NCBI GenBank assembly: GCA_937625935.1
Contig: OW569375.1
Span: 1-64,000, forward strand
Length of the DNA: 64,000 nt
Direction of reading: 5' to 3'
Origin: Tetramitus jugosus
Taxonomy: Eukaryota > Protista > Heterolobosea
The notes under the pieces are model-generated. The model was not told the origin of the DNA and did not search any database. It saw only the letters and a program-made list of their open reading frames with translations. Shown here piece after piece: positions 22,318 through 35,200 of this stretch (the stretch's first letter is position 1; each line of letters begins with the position of its first letter). The position numbers and the translations under genes were made by a program.

Positions 22318-24881
22318 TCAACTGACGTTTACAAAATTTGAAATTGTATGAGCTATGACATAACCCCATATCACACAATTCATATTTTCGATAAGAAAAA
22401 GGAAGATTTGGCTCATAACAATATACAAACAAGTAAGGATATCTGGGAGTAAGGATACTGTCTGGCTGTCTTGATCCTTCCTAGTCGGTCGAAATTGAAC
22501 TTGATTATACTGTAAATGATTCACTCTTTTCCTCAGGTATTCATGTTTTCTTTTTATACTATGGTGTGTTATCAGTAGCTTGCGTATGTATGAACATTGA
22601 ATTTCCTTAAAGGACGATAACTGGAGGTTTCTTTTCTCTAACATAAAGATACTCCTCCGCAGTGAGTGATATGTTGCACGCATGGCTGTAACTTTTGATC
22701 GGTTACGGGCTGACTCATTCCTCAAGTTTGTAAGATACTCCCGTATTATGTGCAGAAGATGAGAAAAGTTTTGTGAATTACCCTCTTTGATCGTCTTAAG
22801 GCCAATATTGGACGAGTGTCAATAATTGCTGTGGTTCATTAGTAATAGTTTCAACAGGGTGCATTGTGTTCAGCTTCAAATAATACATACTTGAACCACA
22901 GTCGGTAAAGAAAATGGAGTTGGGTTGCAGTTTCGAACATATCGGTCTTGCGCTAACTTCTTCTCCAATAATTTAAGATCATCCCTTGCGTCGTTACAAA
23001 TCTCACTTCGTGAGAGGTGTCTCGAACTGTCCAACGAAGAAGTTGCCCCACGATTTTGGGACGCAAGATGTGGCTTTTCACGTTTTAAGCCTTGTTCTTC
23101 GTACACCTTTCTCTCATTCTCCCATTCTTGTTTCTGTTTTTCGAAGGTGGATTTCTCAACTTTCAAATCTGCTATTGTTTGTTTCAATAAATTAATCTGC
23201 TCTGTTAGATTTGCAGTCACTTTTCCTGCATGAACCTTCGCCAATAGAGCTGACGATTTCCCACTTGGAGATGGAGTCAGAGACAATGATGGGATATCTG
23301 CATTCGATATCGATTTGTTTCTTCTAAATACTGGACTATCGGCAGAAGGACTTATAGAATTGCTAGGAGTCAGAGGAACTTCCAGTTCAGTTGTTTCATC
23401 ATCAAAGTCTGATGCAGCACTCATCTCATCGAAATCTAGCAACATGCCATGTGTGATAACATCTTCAGAGCAGTCCTCCACAAAAAATTCCTCATCAGGG
23501 GCTTCGTCACCAACCAAGATGAGCTGTGTGATTTCATTAAGTGCACTCTCAAGTTGTAGTCTTTCTTCCTTGTGACGTTCTAACTCCTGTACTAAATTAT
23601 CGTTTGGCTCACTACCATTGCTCATCAATTTTCGTTTCAATTCTTCAATTTCTCTCTTGTACTGTTTGAGAAGGGCAGTTTCGTCCTTCACTTGATTCAC
23701 AGTACTCTTATTCTTTATCATCCTTGCGCTCTGTCCGAATCGCATAGTACTCACAGATTCTTGATAATGAGAGAATCCTGGAGTTACACAACATAACACA
23801 CTGAGTTTGGAATTACCTCCAAGCCCAACTCGAATGAGACGAGTCAATTTACTGTCTCGAAAGTTTGACTGAATTTTCTTACCACCTGCCTTTGCTAATT
23901 GAGCAATGCATATTGATAAATTCAGAAGACTTTTGTTGATGAATGCACCTTCTCTCAGTGTTTTGCCTACAGCAAGGGTTTTATCTCCTCTTTCTGAACC
24001 AGCTAAATCAACCAAATACAAACATGATATCTTGACTGCCGATCCTTTCTCCTTCATTGATTTCTTATTGTTGTTAGCAAATCGAAATGAGTCAGACATC
24101 AACTCTCTACTCTCTACAATCATTGTGAATACTGCGTGTGAACGACTACTCTGTGCATTCATCGCTGTTGCACTCACATGACGATTATGAATTCCTTTCT
24201 TAATTAATTCCATCACTTCAGTTTCTGATCTAACAATCTCTTCCTGCAAATTTTTCACTTGTGTATGACCCAACTCATCTTCGTATATCATTAACTTTGT
24301 GGGAGGAGTTGAAGGATTCAACAAATCATGCAGCTGTTCGTTGTATACTTCAGTGTAACTAACACGCAATAACCATTCCTTCCGAGACTATATTCAATGT
24401 TTGTTTAGTAATCCTTTAAATATCAATTTGACTACAACAGGTGTACATACGCTCTTAATATGGTCAAACACTTGACGCATAGCGAGAGGTATTAAACCCT
24501 CGTCTCCATCGTATCCGATGATACTATGCGTTTTACCACTCGATGTTTGTCCATAGGCAAAAATGACACCATTATATCCATTCATGCATGACTCTACTAC
24601 ATGTCGAGCTGTTCTGTCATACACATCAGGGTTTCGAGCTTCAGGACCAAATACGTGATCTAGAGCAGCAAGAATATTAATAAAACTAGTTTCTAGTTCG
24701 ATTCAAGCAATTGACGGTACGTACCATATTCAAATTTTAGTTTTCCACCAGTAATCTCTTCATTCTCTGCAATTTCACCATCAGATACCTCAAAGGAGTA
24801 GCCTTTCTCTCGATCTGCCACCTCCTTGTCACCAAAGGGTCTCATTCTCATGAAGACCTGCACATCTGCTTCTTTAGACAT
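22318..24881 (-). CDS. Kinesin motor protein (kinesin-7/CENP-E-like), 4 exons
   Basis: VFMRMRP, YGQTSSGKTHS, SSRSHAVF, LVDLAGSER, FRDSKLTR; introns 24724-24660, 24450-24388 and probably 22890-22795 (the last exon is less certain). Confidence 0.88.
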
Positions 24882-25116
24882 GACCACGTAAGAGTTTATA
24901 GAAGATTGGTGTTGTGTGCGTTTCGATGGTTTTTGCGATTTACAGTTGTTGCGCGCAACAATATTCCATTCATGGAATGAGGAAACTGTTAGCACAACAC
25001 TCCTTTGGAGGTCTCATCTGACTTCGAGAATCATCATATCCACGGAAGGAAGTATAGCGTATACACATAGAGAAGGAACTAACTAATAGTGAGTAAATTT
25101 ACTATAACCAACAACA

Positions 25117-25743
25117 TTAAAATTCATTGATTAATCCATCATGCTGAACAGAAAACTGTCCAGATTCATCTTCCTTCTTCTTCTGAGCTCTTCGCAGCAT
25201 AAAGAATCGAACACACAGCACCAAATCCACAATCATGCCAAACAACACAACAAACGCAATGAATCCATAAATGCCCAGCGCACTGGAATACATGCACCAC
25301 AGGACACAACCAAACAAGTGCAGCACCAAAATAATGATGCACCATGTCTGAACAATAGAAATTGGTTTTTTGCGAGCATTCGTAGATCCACTCGTTCCAT
25401 CAAAACCGTCATAACCCTCATTTTCACCACTTGCACTGCTTCTTCTGTGCAACACCAAAAATAGAATGACATAGGCAAACACGAGAGGAACAAGTGCAAT
25501 GAATTGGACGACTTGTTTCATTCCTTCTTTTTGAGCTTCAGAGGCACAGTGACTTGGTTTCCATGATACTGGACACAATTGATGAAAAATGTTTTTGACT
25601 CGCATGCCTGACCACAGTACCCACAAGAGCATCAACGTTGTGTCAATGGCAGATCGCAACACGAAATAAAATTTACCTCCACCACTTTCAATCAGACCAA
25701 ACAGTTGAGCAATGGGTTTGCTATTGTTTGTGATTGACTCCAT
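25117..25743 (-). CDS. Four-TM membrane protein, unknown function
   Basis: Intact 208-aa ORF with four hydrophobic segments. Confidence 0.65.
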   Translation of the reverse strand: MESITNNSKPIAQLFGLIESGGGKFYFVLRSAIDTTLMLLWVLWSGMRVKNIFHQLCPVSWKPSHCASEAQKEGMKQVVQFIALVPLVFAYVILFLVLHRRSSASGENEGYDGFDGTSGSTNARKKPISIVQTWCIIILVLHLFGCVLWCMYSSALGIYGFIAFVVLFGMIVDLVLCVRFFMLRRAQKKKEDESGQFSVQHDGLINEF

Positions 25744-25901
25744 TTTTTAGATATATGATATATTGTACTGTACACACACTCAACGAAAAAAAAAAGGAGT
25801 TGTTGTTCTTTTGTGATCCCAGTTTCTGCAAAAAGAAACAAGCAAAAAAAACTTTCTCCGAAGTAGGAAGAATATTTACGAGCAACTTGTGCTTTGGAAC
25901 T

Positions 25902-27311
25902 TCAAACAGCGTCAATTTTGCAAATGGGACACTTGGCTTTGACTTTGAGTGCTTGAGCGATACAGCCAGTGTGGAACTCGTGTGTGCACGTTCTCAGCCT
26001 AGAAATACACTCCTCTGGCTTGTAATCCTCCAAACAAATGACGCATTGCTTTTCTAATAACCGATGTGCCTCTGCCTCTGTACAGTAATTGATCGTCTTA
26101 TGATCGATAATGGCATCGCACAATCGACGACTCTGGTCATCTCCATCTTCCTCGATACCATCTACTAATAGTCTTTGTTGTGATGACGAATCATCTTCCA
26201 TTGAGCTCAAATCAACAATTGTTCCTCCTCCATTGTTCTCCACACTGCTAAACTCGTCCATTTCAATGAGATTCATCTCATTGTGTCGATGACGATTCTT
26301 GTTATCGTTGCCAGTAGTTGTAGTGGTGGGCCACACAACAGGAGGTATCTTGTACGAGACAAGCACACGCTTCAATTCATCATTTGACACTATTCGATTC
26401 CGAGCAACAGTGTTATCATCCAATGCTAACAATGCTTCGTAATCACTCTCATCAAAATCACGATCCACCATTGCCAACTGCAATCGATACAATTGATCAA
26501 TAGGTCTCTCATTTTCATCTCCACTGTCATTGTCATCGCCACTACGGTAACGATTCGATCGAAACAGTGAATCCAAATCAGAGTCACCACTGGCTCCTCC
26601 ACCTACATAGACACCTGCTCTTGTCATTTGTATCCTGAGTAGTTGAGCCACAGCACTATTGGATCTCTGTGCATACACAATGGCCAATTTTCTCATGCAC
26701 ATGGAAAAGACACAACAACCGATACACGCCAAGAAAAATAAATTGGGAATCGTGATCAAATAAGTGAACAATGTTCGCTTTCTACGCGCTTCTTCTTCAC
26801 TTTCACTGCCCTCCTCGCCTTCACCTTCTTCTTCACCTCCACCACCACCAGGTATCCATGGATTATCACCACCACTGCCACCACCACTATTCTTATTGGC
26901 GATATAGCGATTATAAGTATTGAAAAACATGATGATAATAATTAAGTGAATACAAATAATGAGTAATGTGACAGTGAGACTGAGCATGAACCGACGTCTT
27001 CCTTGTTGTTGCTCCGGTGTCAAAGAACTCGACGGCAGAAACAAACTGGAGATTTGAGGAGAATTATAAATTCTCCGCCAGAACTGAGAAAATCGATTGC
27101 CAGTAGTAGCAGTGGATGGAACTGTTTGAGAAGATGCAATTCTTCTGTTTGTGGGGGTCGTTGGAGTAAAAGTGGAGGTCATTCCTGGTTCATCATGAAA
27201 AATGAATTGAAGTGTTGTTGGAGCTCCTGTTGTGTCATCACTGCCAATATCATTATCGATGGAATGACGATTGTCGTGATAGTGATGATGGAGATTGGTT
27301 GTTGTTGACAT
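25902..27311 (-). CDS. Membrane-anchored RING-H2 E3 ubiquitin ligase (SDIR1-like)
   Basis: Two TM segments, QLAMVDRDFDESDYEALLALD, C-terminal CVICLEDY..CTHEFHTGCI..CPIC. Confidence 0.85.
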   Translation of the reverse strand: MSTTTNLHHHYHDNRHSIDNDIGSDDTTGAPTTLQFIFHDEPGMTSTFTPTTPTNRRIASSQTVPSTATTGNRFSQFWRRIYNSPQISSLFLPSSSLTPEQQQGRRRFMLSLTVTLLIICIHLIIIIMFFNTYNRYIANKNSGGGSGGDNPWIPGGGGGEEEGEGEEGSESEEEARRKRTLFTYLITIPNLFFLACIGCCVFSMCMRKLAIVYAQRSNSAVAQLLRIQMTRAGVYVGGGASGDSDLDSLFRSNRYRSGDDNDSGDENERPIDQLYRLQLAMVDRDFDESDYEALLALDDNTVARNRIVSNDELKRVLVSYKIPPVVWPTTTTTGNDNKNRHRHNEMNLIEMDEFSSVENNGGGTIVDLSSMEDDSSSQQRLLVDGIEEDGDDQSRRLCDAIIDHKTINYCTEAEAHRLLEKQCVICLEDYKPEECISRLRTCTHEFHTGCIAQALKVKAKCPICKIDAV

Positions 27312-27669
27312 TTTTTGTTCGTGTTGGTTGTTCGTCGTTTTGGGAATGGACGAATCAACACAACAGGAGGTTTTTTGTGATTTTTTGTTGAGCTTGATGG
27401 ATGGTTCGGGGTTTTTTCCAATATAAATATAGTTGCTAGATACACCGGTGTCAGAAAGTTCATGTCGCGGCTGGAAGCTGTTTCGCTCAGAATGAAAAAT
27501 TTCACACACGATACTTGACGAAAAGCTCTCCTTTTTCCCACACAAGGGTATCACAAAAGCAATCTAAATTTTCCCCACCTTCCACACAACACAACAAATC
27601 CAAGGTTTATCCTACACACACAGTACACTCAACATCAAACAACCTACTTTTGCTTTTTCTCTCCTGTGA

Positions 27670-28677
27670 ATGACCGCACCAACAAACAACAACAACACCA
27701 ACAACAACAACAACACTCATTCAACCAACAATAACAATAGCAACAACAACAACAATAGTAGTCGCAACAATGTAAAAATTCATCTCATTGGTGGTGCATT
27801 GGCTGGACTCGCAGAGACTCTCTCTGTTCAACCAGTTGACATGATCAAAACGCGACAACAAATTCATCAGGGTTCTCCTGTTCACTCCAGTATGAAACAC
27901 GTGATGAAATCCATTGTCAATGAAGGTGGTTTTCTTCAATTTTATAGAGGTGTCTTACCTCCTGTCATGTCTATTGTGCCCAGTACTTGTGTCATGTTTG
28001 TTTGTAATGAACAAGTGAAACGATTGTTGAATACGGATGCTGAGGAACAACGGTTGAGTGTAGCGATTGCTGCAGGTGCTCTCAGTGGACTCCCAGAAGC
28101 TATTATTTTGACTCCGTTTGAAGTGGTCAAGGTTCGATTGCAATCCAGTGAATTTTTAGGTAGATATATCAATTCTTGGGACTGTTTGCATCAAATGAGG
28201 AGACAAGAAGGTGTCTCTAGTCTGTTTAGAGGTTTGTGGCCCACCATTTATCGTAATTGTGTTTGGAATGGTGCTTATTTTGGATTGATTCACATTGTGA
28301 AGCCATATCTGCCGACACCACAGTCGCACTTGGATGAACTGGCCATCAATTTTACGTCGGGCGCCGTCGCAGGTACGTTTGCAACAGTGTTCAATACGCC
28401 GTTCGATGTAGTCAAGAGTAGAATTCAGAATGAAGTTGTATTGCGTAATAGTCATAATAGCAGTGGTAGTGGTAGTCATCGTGTATACAGAAACACGATT
28501 CAAAGCATGTTATATTTGTATAGAAGTGAAGGATATAAGGCCCTATACAAGGGTTTTAGTGCCAAGGTGATACGAATGTCGATTGGAGGTGGTGTCGGAA
28601 TTGCAGTATTCGAATCGATATGCTCACTGTCTGGCAAGATTGATAGAGCATTTCAAATGCTTTCTTCATTCGAGTAA
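27670..28677 (+). CDS. Mitochondrial carrier (SLC25; 2-oxodicarboxylate carrier-like)
   Basis: Three Px[DE]xxKxR motifs (PVDMIKTR, PFEVVKVR, PFDVVKSR); RNCVWNGAYFG. Confidence 0.9.
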   Translation: MTAPTNNNNTNNNNNTHSTNNNNSNNNNNSSRNNVKIHLIGGALAGLAETLSVQPVDMIKTRQQIHQGSPVHSSMKHVMKSIVNEGGFLQFYRGVLPPVMSIVPSTCVMFVCNEQVKRLLNTDAEEQRLSVAIAAGALSGLPEAIILTPFEVVKVRLQSSEFLGRYINSWDCLHQMRRQEGVSSLFRGLWPTIYRNCVWNGAYFGLIHIVKPYLPTPQSHLDELAINFTSGAVAGTFATVFNTPFDVVKSRIQNEVVLRNSHNSSGSGSHRVYRNTIQSMLYLYRSEGYKALYKGFSAKVIRMSIGGGVGIAVFESICSLSGKIDRAFQMLSSFE

Positions 28678-28746
28678 ATTGTTTTGCCAGTCTCGGTTCA
28701 CACAATCCATGGAGCCCAACAACAAGAACTAGATCTGAGAGAACTT

Positions 28747-31700
28747 TTAATTCTTGGTAATGTGAGTGACGACTTTTGTAATTTCACTGAAATGGTTATT
28801 GGTGCTCTTTTGAATGTGAATCGTTCTGTTCGCTTCACTCTGGAATGCATGATTATGAGATATTGATAGTATTTGAACACCGTCTGAGAGCACTTGCTTG
28901 ATGAGAGACGCGATCGCTCTTTGATTTTCTTCATCAAGTGCCGCATCGATCTCATCCATGAGATAGAATGGTGATTTGCTGTAGGAGGCAATTGCAAGCA
29001 TAAAACAAAGTGACAGTAATGTCTTTTGTCCACCTGAGAGCTGTGAGATATCGATTGGATTAAACATATCATTTGCGCTGAATATTACAAACTTGATTCC
29101 TTGTTCAATCTTGTTGCCTTGTTTTTCCAGCTTTGACACCATATGAGGAAAAACCATTTGGAAGTACTTTGTGAACTGCTGGTTGATAAACTCGAAGGCG
29201 TTCACATTGCACTGGTCAACGATTTGAGTTGCACAATCTATGCCATCGAGTAACTGCTGAATAGAGTGATGAATTTGATCATACTTTCTTTGGAGTTCAG
29301 CCAATTGATTTTGTTTGATTTCAAGTAATTGTTGATTGACCACAGGCAGGTTTAGATTTATATCATTCTGTTTCTTCTCCAGTTTTTGTATTCGTAATAG
29401 TAATTCTTCTCGAGAGACCGAAGATAGTGTAGGTGATTCACTGGGTGTCTGGTTGGGTGTTTGTTTTCTCTCCATCTCCAATTGCCGAAGAGCATGGTTG
29501 AGCTTCGATAAACGTTTTTGTTCTTCTTTCTCCACACTCTTATGTGAAGTCAGAGTATTTTGATGATGAGCCAGTTCTTCAAAGGATATTAGTATGAGTT
29601 GTTCAAAAGACAAGAGAATAGAGAAAACATACTCTCCTCAAGTTCGACTATGTGCTGACTCTTGGATGATAACTCTTCGATGGTTTGTGTTAATTCTGAA
29701 ATCATGGTATCTAATACTTGCAAGGCACTTCCCAAATGATTAAGTTCTATCTTTTGATCTTCGATATCTTCTAAAATATCCTTTGTTCGTTCTAATATCA
29801 ACACTTTGGAAGATAGTTCTGCTTCTACCTGCATTAAACAATCTGTGAGGGATTGTTCTGATGTAAAGGAGTTGTCGTGTAGGTTTCCTCCTCCAAGAAT
29901 TAGAATTTCCATATCTTCTTCAATTATTCTCTTCTCCTTCTGCAATTCGTCTACTCTTGAAGTGCTCTCTGATAGGCGGATCTCCAATCGAGATTCTCTC
30001 TCCTGAGATGATTTTAGTTTCTCCTGAAGTGAATAGGTTTCTTTCCACAACACCAGATCTCTCTCCAACAACTCTTTCTGCTTCCTCATTTGACAAATTT
30101 TCTCCTGGAGAATCGTTTCTCTCTGATTCAATTTGGTTACGGTGCTTAGAAGTAGAGGTAGAGAACGACCTGGAGATTGGTACCCACCTGATATTGAACA
30201 TGAACGATAAACGTTGCCTGCCTTCGTTATAGAGTTCAAATGATACCTCTTCAATAGGTACTGAGATACTTCATCATTTTCGGTGATGACAAGAGACCCA
30301 AGACATTTTAGTATGGCATCATGCACTGTGTCATCAAACGAAACACAATCCATAGGATGATGTATTGTGGAGGAACATAGAGGGTCAGACAACTGAATAT
30401 GCTTCACTCGATCCCTCAAAGATTTTGCATGAGATACCTCTAGTCTATCCAGAGGCCACAGAGTAACACTCCTATTCTTCTTCTTTGCAAGATCTATTAC
30501 AATTGATATTGTTGATGAATTTTCAACAACAAGGGATCGTTCGAATGGCTTCGCTATCAATGAGAGAGGAAGCTCCATTTCTTCTGTTTTAGGAGAGAAA
30601 AGGAGACCAACGGGTCCATAGACGCCCTTGATAGTATATTCCCTTAGTTTCTCTATTGATTTTTCTATCAAGTAACGCTCATTTCTGATCTCTTCTAAGT
30701 CTGTCTGGAGAGATTTACAGGTTGAATCGTTTTCTATCATACTGTCTCTCAAAGTTGCTTCAGTTGTAATCCCATCCAACTTTCGATTTGAAAGACTCTC
30801 GGCGAGTTGCGATACCAATCTTTTCATCTCTTCAAAATCATGTTGAATTCTGCCATTTCTCGACTCTTCTTCCTGAATCGACTCTATCACTTCTGTTAAA
30901 CATTGCTTCTTTCTTGTCAGCAGCAGATGGAGATCATCGCAATTCTTCCCACTACTCTCAGAATGGAGTAGTGTGGTTAGTTTCCCTTTTCTTGCATTCA
31001 AACGAACAACATCTTTTTCGATAGCTTCTTTTTCTTGGATAAGAGACTCTCTTTTGGAAGAACTGTCTCTGAACGCGATTATCTTCTTCTCTAATATTCT
31101 TCGCTCCATCTTCTTCTCTTCCAAACATGATTCGTATTGAATGATCTCCTTCGAAGTAGAGCTACGTTCGAGATTTTCTAGCTGTGTTTTTGTTTCATTC
31201 AACCTCTTCTCTACCATCAACACTTCGGCTCTAACTTGATCAAGACTTTCTTCGATTTCTTTAATCTCCTGCTTCTTCTTTTCTCGATTAATTTCTGTCT
31301 CTTGCAGTTTCAAATACTGGAGAGCATTCTTGTGTTCTCTTATGGAATGCTTGATCTTTCCAAGTTCTTTCCACTTCTCCAAAGTGGCAAGATCTTCCAT
31401 CATTCCCATGGACAAGAGATCAATTTCATGTTTCATTTTGGTTTGTGTTTCCTTTGCCGTATCAATTTGACTTCTACATCTCTTGACACATTCATAAAAT
31501 TGAAGACCTCCACTTGCATCTGTGACAAGGTTGGCTATTTCCACAGGATTTCTCATCATTAAAGTAGTCACTCTGTTCTGTAAAATGACAAAACCAGGCA
31601 TAGAGCTTCCATACACACGAATTCCCATAGAAAGCAAAAACTTTCTTAAACCTCGAATAGAGATTGCTCGTCCATTCAGAAGGAATATTCTATTGGGATT

Positions 31701-32118
31701 ATCTTTCTTCATCTGTACAGTGAGTTCATTCAGTTCTTCCTTTTTCGTGTTTTGACTCTTTTTAGCTATGGAGATCTTGATAGAAGCCATACTTTCGGAG
31801 TTCAGTCCTTGAGAGCAAATGAGATCTTTCACACTGGAGACGCGTAGATTTTTCACTTCAAGTGTCAATGCCAGACAGATGGCATCAAAAAGATTACTCT
31901 TTTGGATTTCATTGTGTGTTAGAGGTGTAAAAGTCAGTTAGGAAATTGTAAATGGAACTGTGACACAAATATCCAAAAAGGCTGTTGCTACTCCTACACA
32001 CCATTCCTGACCCATTCGCTCCAACAACACAGTTCAGACCATTTAGGAACTCCACTTGTTGAGGATTTTGTCTTGAGAAGGACTTGAAACCAGACAATGA
32101 TATTCTTTTGATGTACAT
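28747..32118 (-). CDS. Divergent, short SMC ATPase (SMC2/SMC3-like), about 1070 aa, 3 exons
   Basis: MYIKRISLSGFKSF, VGANGSG/xSNLFDAI, Q-loop FVILQNRV, hinge GVYGPV..VTLWPLDRL..SISGG, signature LSGGQK, Walker B FYLMDEIDAALD; introns about 32001-31899 and 29632-29577. Confidence 0.88.
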
Positions 32119-32259
32119 CATGGCTCTTGATCAAAAGGGTGTATCTTGTTTTTTCTCGAACATCTACAGTAAATCGCTTGTCGGCAAAACAAAAAGTGTA
32201 TTCCCTCGTTTTCTTCACAGATAGTGAACAAATCAAACACCCAAGAAGAGGTTGACACA

Positions 32260-35200
32260 ATGGAGAAGAAAAGCAATAGTAAGAAGAGACCTCTTAAATC
32301 ACAAGAGCTCAAAGCCATCAAGTCCATAAAACAAATAGAGAACCCCAAAATGGAAGCTTTGGTCGAAGCTCAGAGTGATGATTTGATACAACAAATGATG
32401 GAAGCTGTCGAAGCTCAGAACTCTCATGACAGACTAGAGATAATCCGTAAAAATGACGATAGTCACATCCAGGCGAGACAAGTGCTCAATGACTGGTTAG
32501 CTATGGTGCGAAGAGGTAAAAGTTCGAATGTGGACAATGCGTTCAGTCTTTTCTGTCTGTTGAGCCAAGATCAATGGGAGGATTTTTGTGCCATCGATTG
32601 CTTGGCTGACCCATTCATTATGGACCTCTATTCTATGATTGATTTGTCAATTCATTGGTTGTTGTTGTTATGGTCTTCGGTTAAAGACAGCTCTGATACT
32701 GAAAGAAAGGTGTCTGTTGTTAGACTACTCGGTAGGTATGGATTCCTTTCCCTCTTTGTTCTCTCTGCAAGGCAAAAAGATCGAAATATCAAGACAGAAA
32801 TGGATTTCATTGGTCCCAGTATCCTTCTTATAATGGATTCTATTCTCGAGGAACCTTCATTTCGAAGTACTGATGATGACGATCAGGACTTTGATTTCGG
32901 TGGTCTATATCTCGACTTGGTGAAAGGAGTGATGAAAGTCGTGAATGAGGGGACATCGCATCCGGGGAGCAAACTTGCAAGAGATTGCTTGTTGATCTCG
33001 TACACCAAAGGTATTAACAAGCTGCACGAAAGCATTTGTCAGATCATATTTTTTAGTGGCATGGAGGTCCATCGTTCTATCATCGTTTACTACATCTCTG
33101 AATTGCTGCAGATCAGCGGATATTCAGCCATTTCAGCAATGCAGTTTCACGTCTCATTGCTAAAATCAGCAGTGGAGAGAGGAGTTGAGTGCGAAGAGAA
33201 ATTGATTGTGGCGTCTGAACTTTCTACGAGTAATCCTTCCCTAGTGCTATGCTTTCTTCCACAACTCTTGGTGATCGCCAAATGCAAAAAGGGAACGAGC
33301 AGAAAATATCTGATCGATATCGTTGTCAATTGTATTATGGGAGCCAACTCTTGCGTTGCAGATCGCTATTCTATGGCGAGAGTTCTACTCAAAATGTTGC
33401 AAGATAGAGACGCTCTTGTGCGCGTGAAGCTTCTCAAGTCTATCAGAGATGTCATACCAACGATCGATTGGGAGAATCAACAAGACTTCTTTGCAGAGAT
33501 GCTAATTGGAGTAGGGGAGGCCATTCAGGATAGAACAAAATCTGTTCGTGCATCTGCTCTTCGATGTATTCGAGCACTAATTGAGAGTAATCCCTTTACA
33601 AAATCGTTTGACAGAGTGTCGGTCAGAAAAGCGCTTGATAGTACTTCAGATTGTTCTCTGGAATACGAATATTGTAACAAAACGATTCGAGAGATGTTTC
33701 AGGATGATGCTGATCAAATTGTAAGCTCACTCCGAACGGCATTCACAAGTAATCTGCAGGGATATGAAATATCAACCAAGCTAAACAGCTTAGAGGGTAT
33801 CTTAGCCATCGGTCCGTACATGGTCGAGAATCCTTGCGGGCAGGATAGAATAGAGTTAGTTGATTACGAATCTATACTCTCAACAATTGTTCCAAAAACT
33901 GGGATAGGACTACTTGATGGCGAATATGTCTTGCGTCGTAGGATTGCATCTTTGGAGCAAATTGATGCTTTCCTCAACAGTCTCTATGATCAGGTTCTCC
34001 CAAACGTATACTCGTTAATGAGGGAGATGTTTGATCTATCGACAGACTTGTATTGCACCGAAAGTTTAGCTGCAATTGAAACATTATTTGCAGGAGGTAC
34101 TACCGCTTCAATTCAAGTTGAGTGGAATCAATTGTTGAAGTTAGTGATGTCCAATCCAGGTGAGCATGGCATTACAAAAGCTCAATCAATTCAAGATCTA
34201 ATAAGCAAAATTCTCTCAGTTCGGATAGTTCATGGAGTACAAGATGAAAATGTACCACTCATTATTTCAGACATTGGCAGGGATGAAAACTATTGGACAA
34301 ACATTGAGAAGTGGGATATCGTTTTACGACACTTGCAAAAGATGAACCACACGTTAAACCTTGATGAATTCATTTCTGACATCATTAACGCGGGTCACGC
34401 TGACTTGTCCACTCTGAGAACCCTCTGTGTTTTTGCTGATTGTTGCTCCTCAGTATTCAGAATGAATAGCGAAGTTATTATTGATTGGGTGTATCACCTA
34501 CTAAATTCCTCCCAAGATAACTCACCCGAGAAAAAACTTTCATGCTTACTTAAGGTACGTAACTCCTCTATTCGTTGTGTTCAAACAACTTTCCAATAAC
34601 ACGAAATCAGATAATTGTAAGGTCGTTTGGTGACAATGATAGCCCTTTCTGTCTATTTGTGGATGAACTTATCCAAAATCACATTACTGAGATGATTTAT
34701 ACCTACAGAGACGAAGTAATCGATTTACTGTTTCGTCGAGGTTGTTCGACACTCGTAATCTTATCAATCATTGAGAAGATGGAAGAAGAGGTAAAACAAG
34801 ATCCACTCAAATTCCATGGCTTCGTTCTAGCTGTCTCTATTATTTTATCTAAACAAAGTGAGCGTTACCGGGAGTGTGCTCGAGCACGCTGGAAATCATT
34901 GCAGGCTGATGATATGACTAGTGAAATGGAAGAAGATCAGATTGAGGACTATATGAAACAAGCAATGGAAAGTAAGAGAGAGAGCGAATTCGAGCAAGCA
35001 TTCATCAACAACCTACTTACCCAAGGTTTCTTTTCAAAGTACTACAACTTGGCAAAACAACTGATCCAAAACACGGAATTACCTGTGTATCTGATGCGAT
35101 GTACTATTGTATTATGCTGCCGATATATGGTGCTGAGTGAGAATATTGCGAATGATGTTCTGCCATTAATCATCGATTTGATATCAAGGGAATCTGATCT

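Noticed and set aside
22711-22720. 10-nt match (tgactcattc) to the predicted Fanzor guide
   Set aside because: Too short, no adjacent TTAA, and plausible by chance in 64 kb of AT-rich DNA.
22905-22942. Possible 38-nt AT-AC intron and micro-exon in the kinesin 3' region
   Set aside because: A single canonical GT-AG intron (22890-22795) explains the frame more simply.
27682-27770. (AAC)n tracts here and near 53370-53400
   Set aside because: Ordinary poly-Asn coding microsatellites typical of amoebal proteins.
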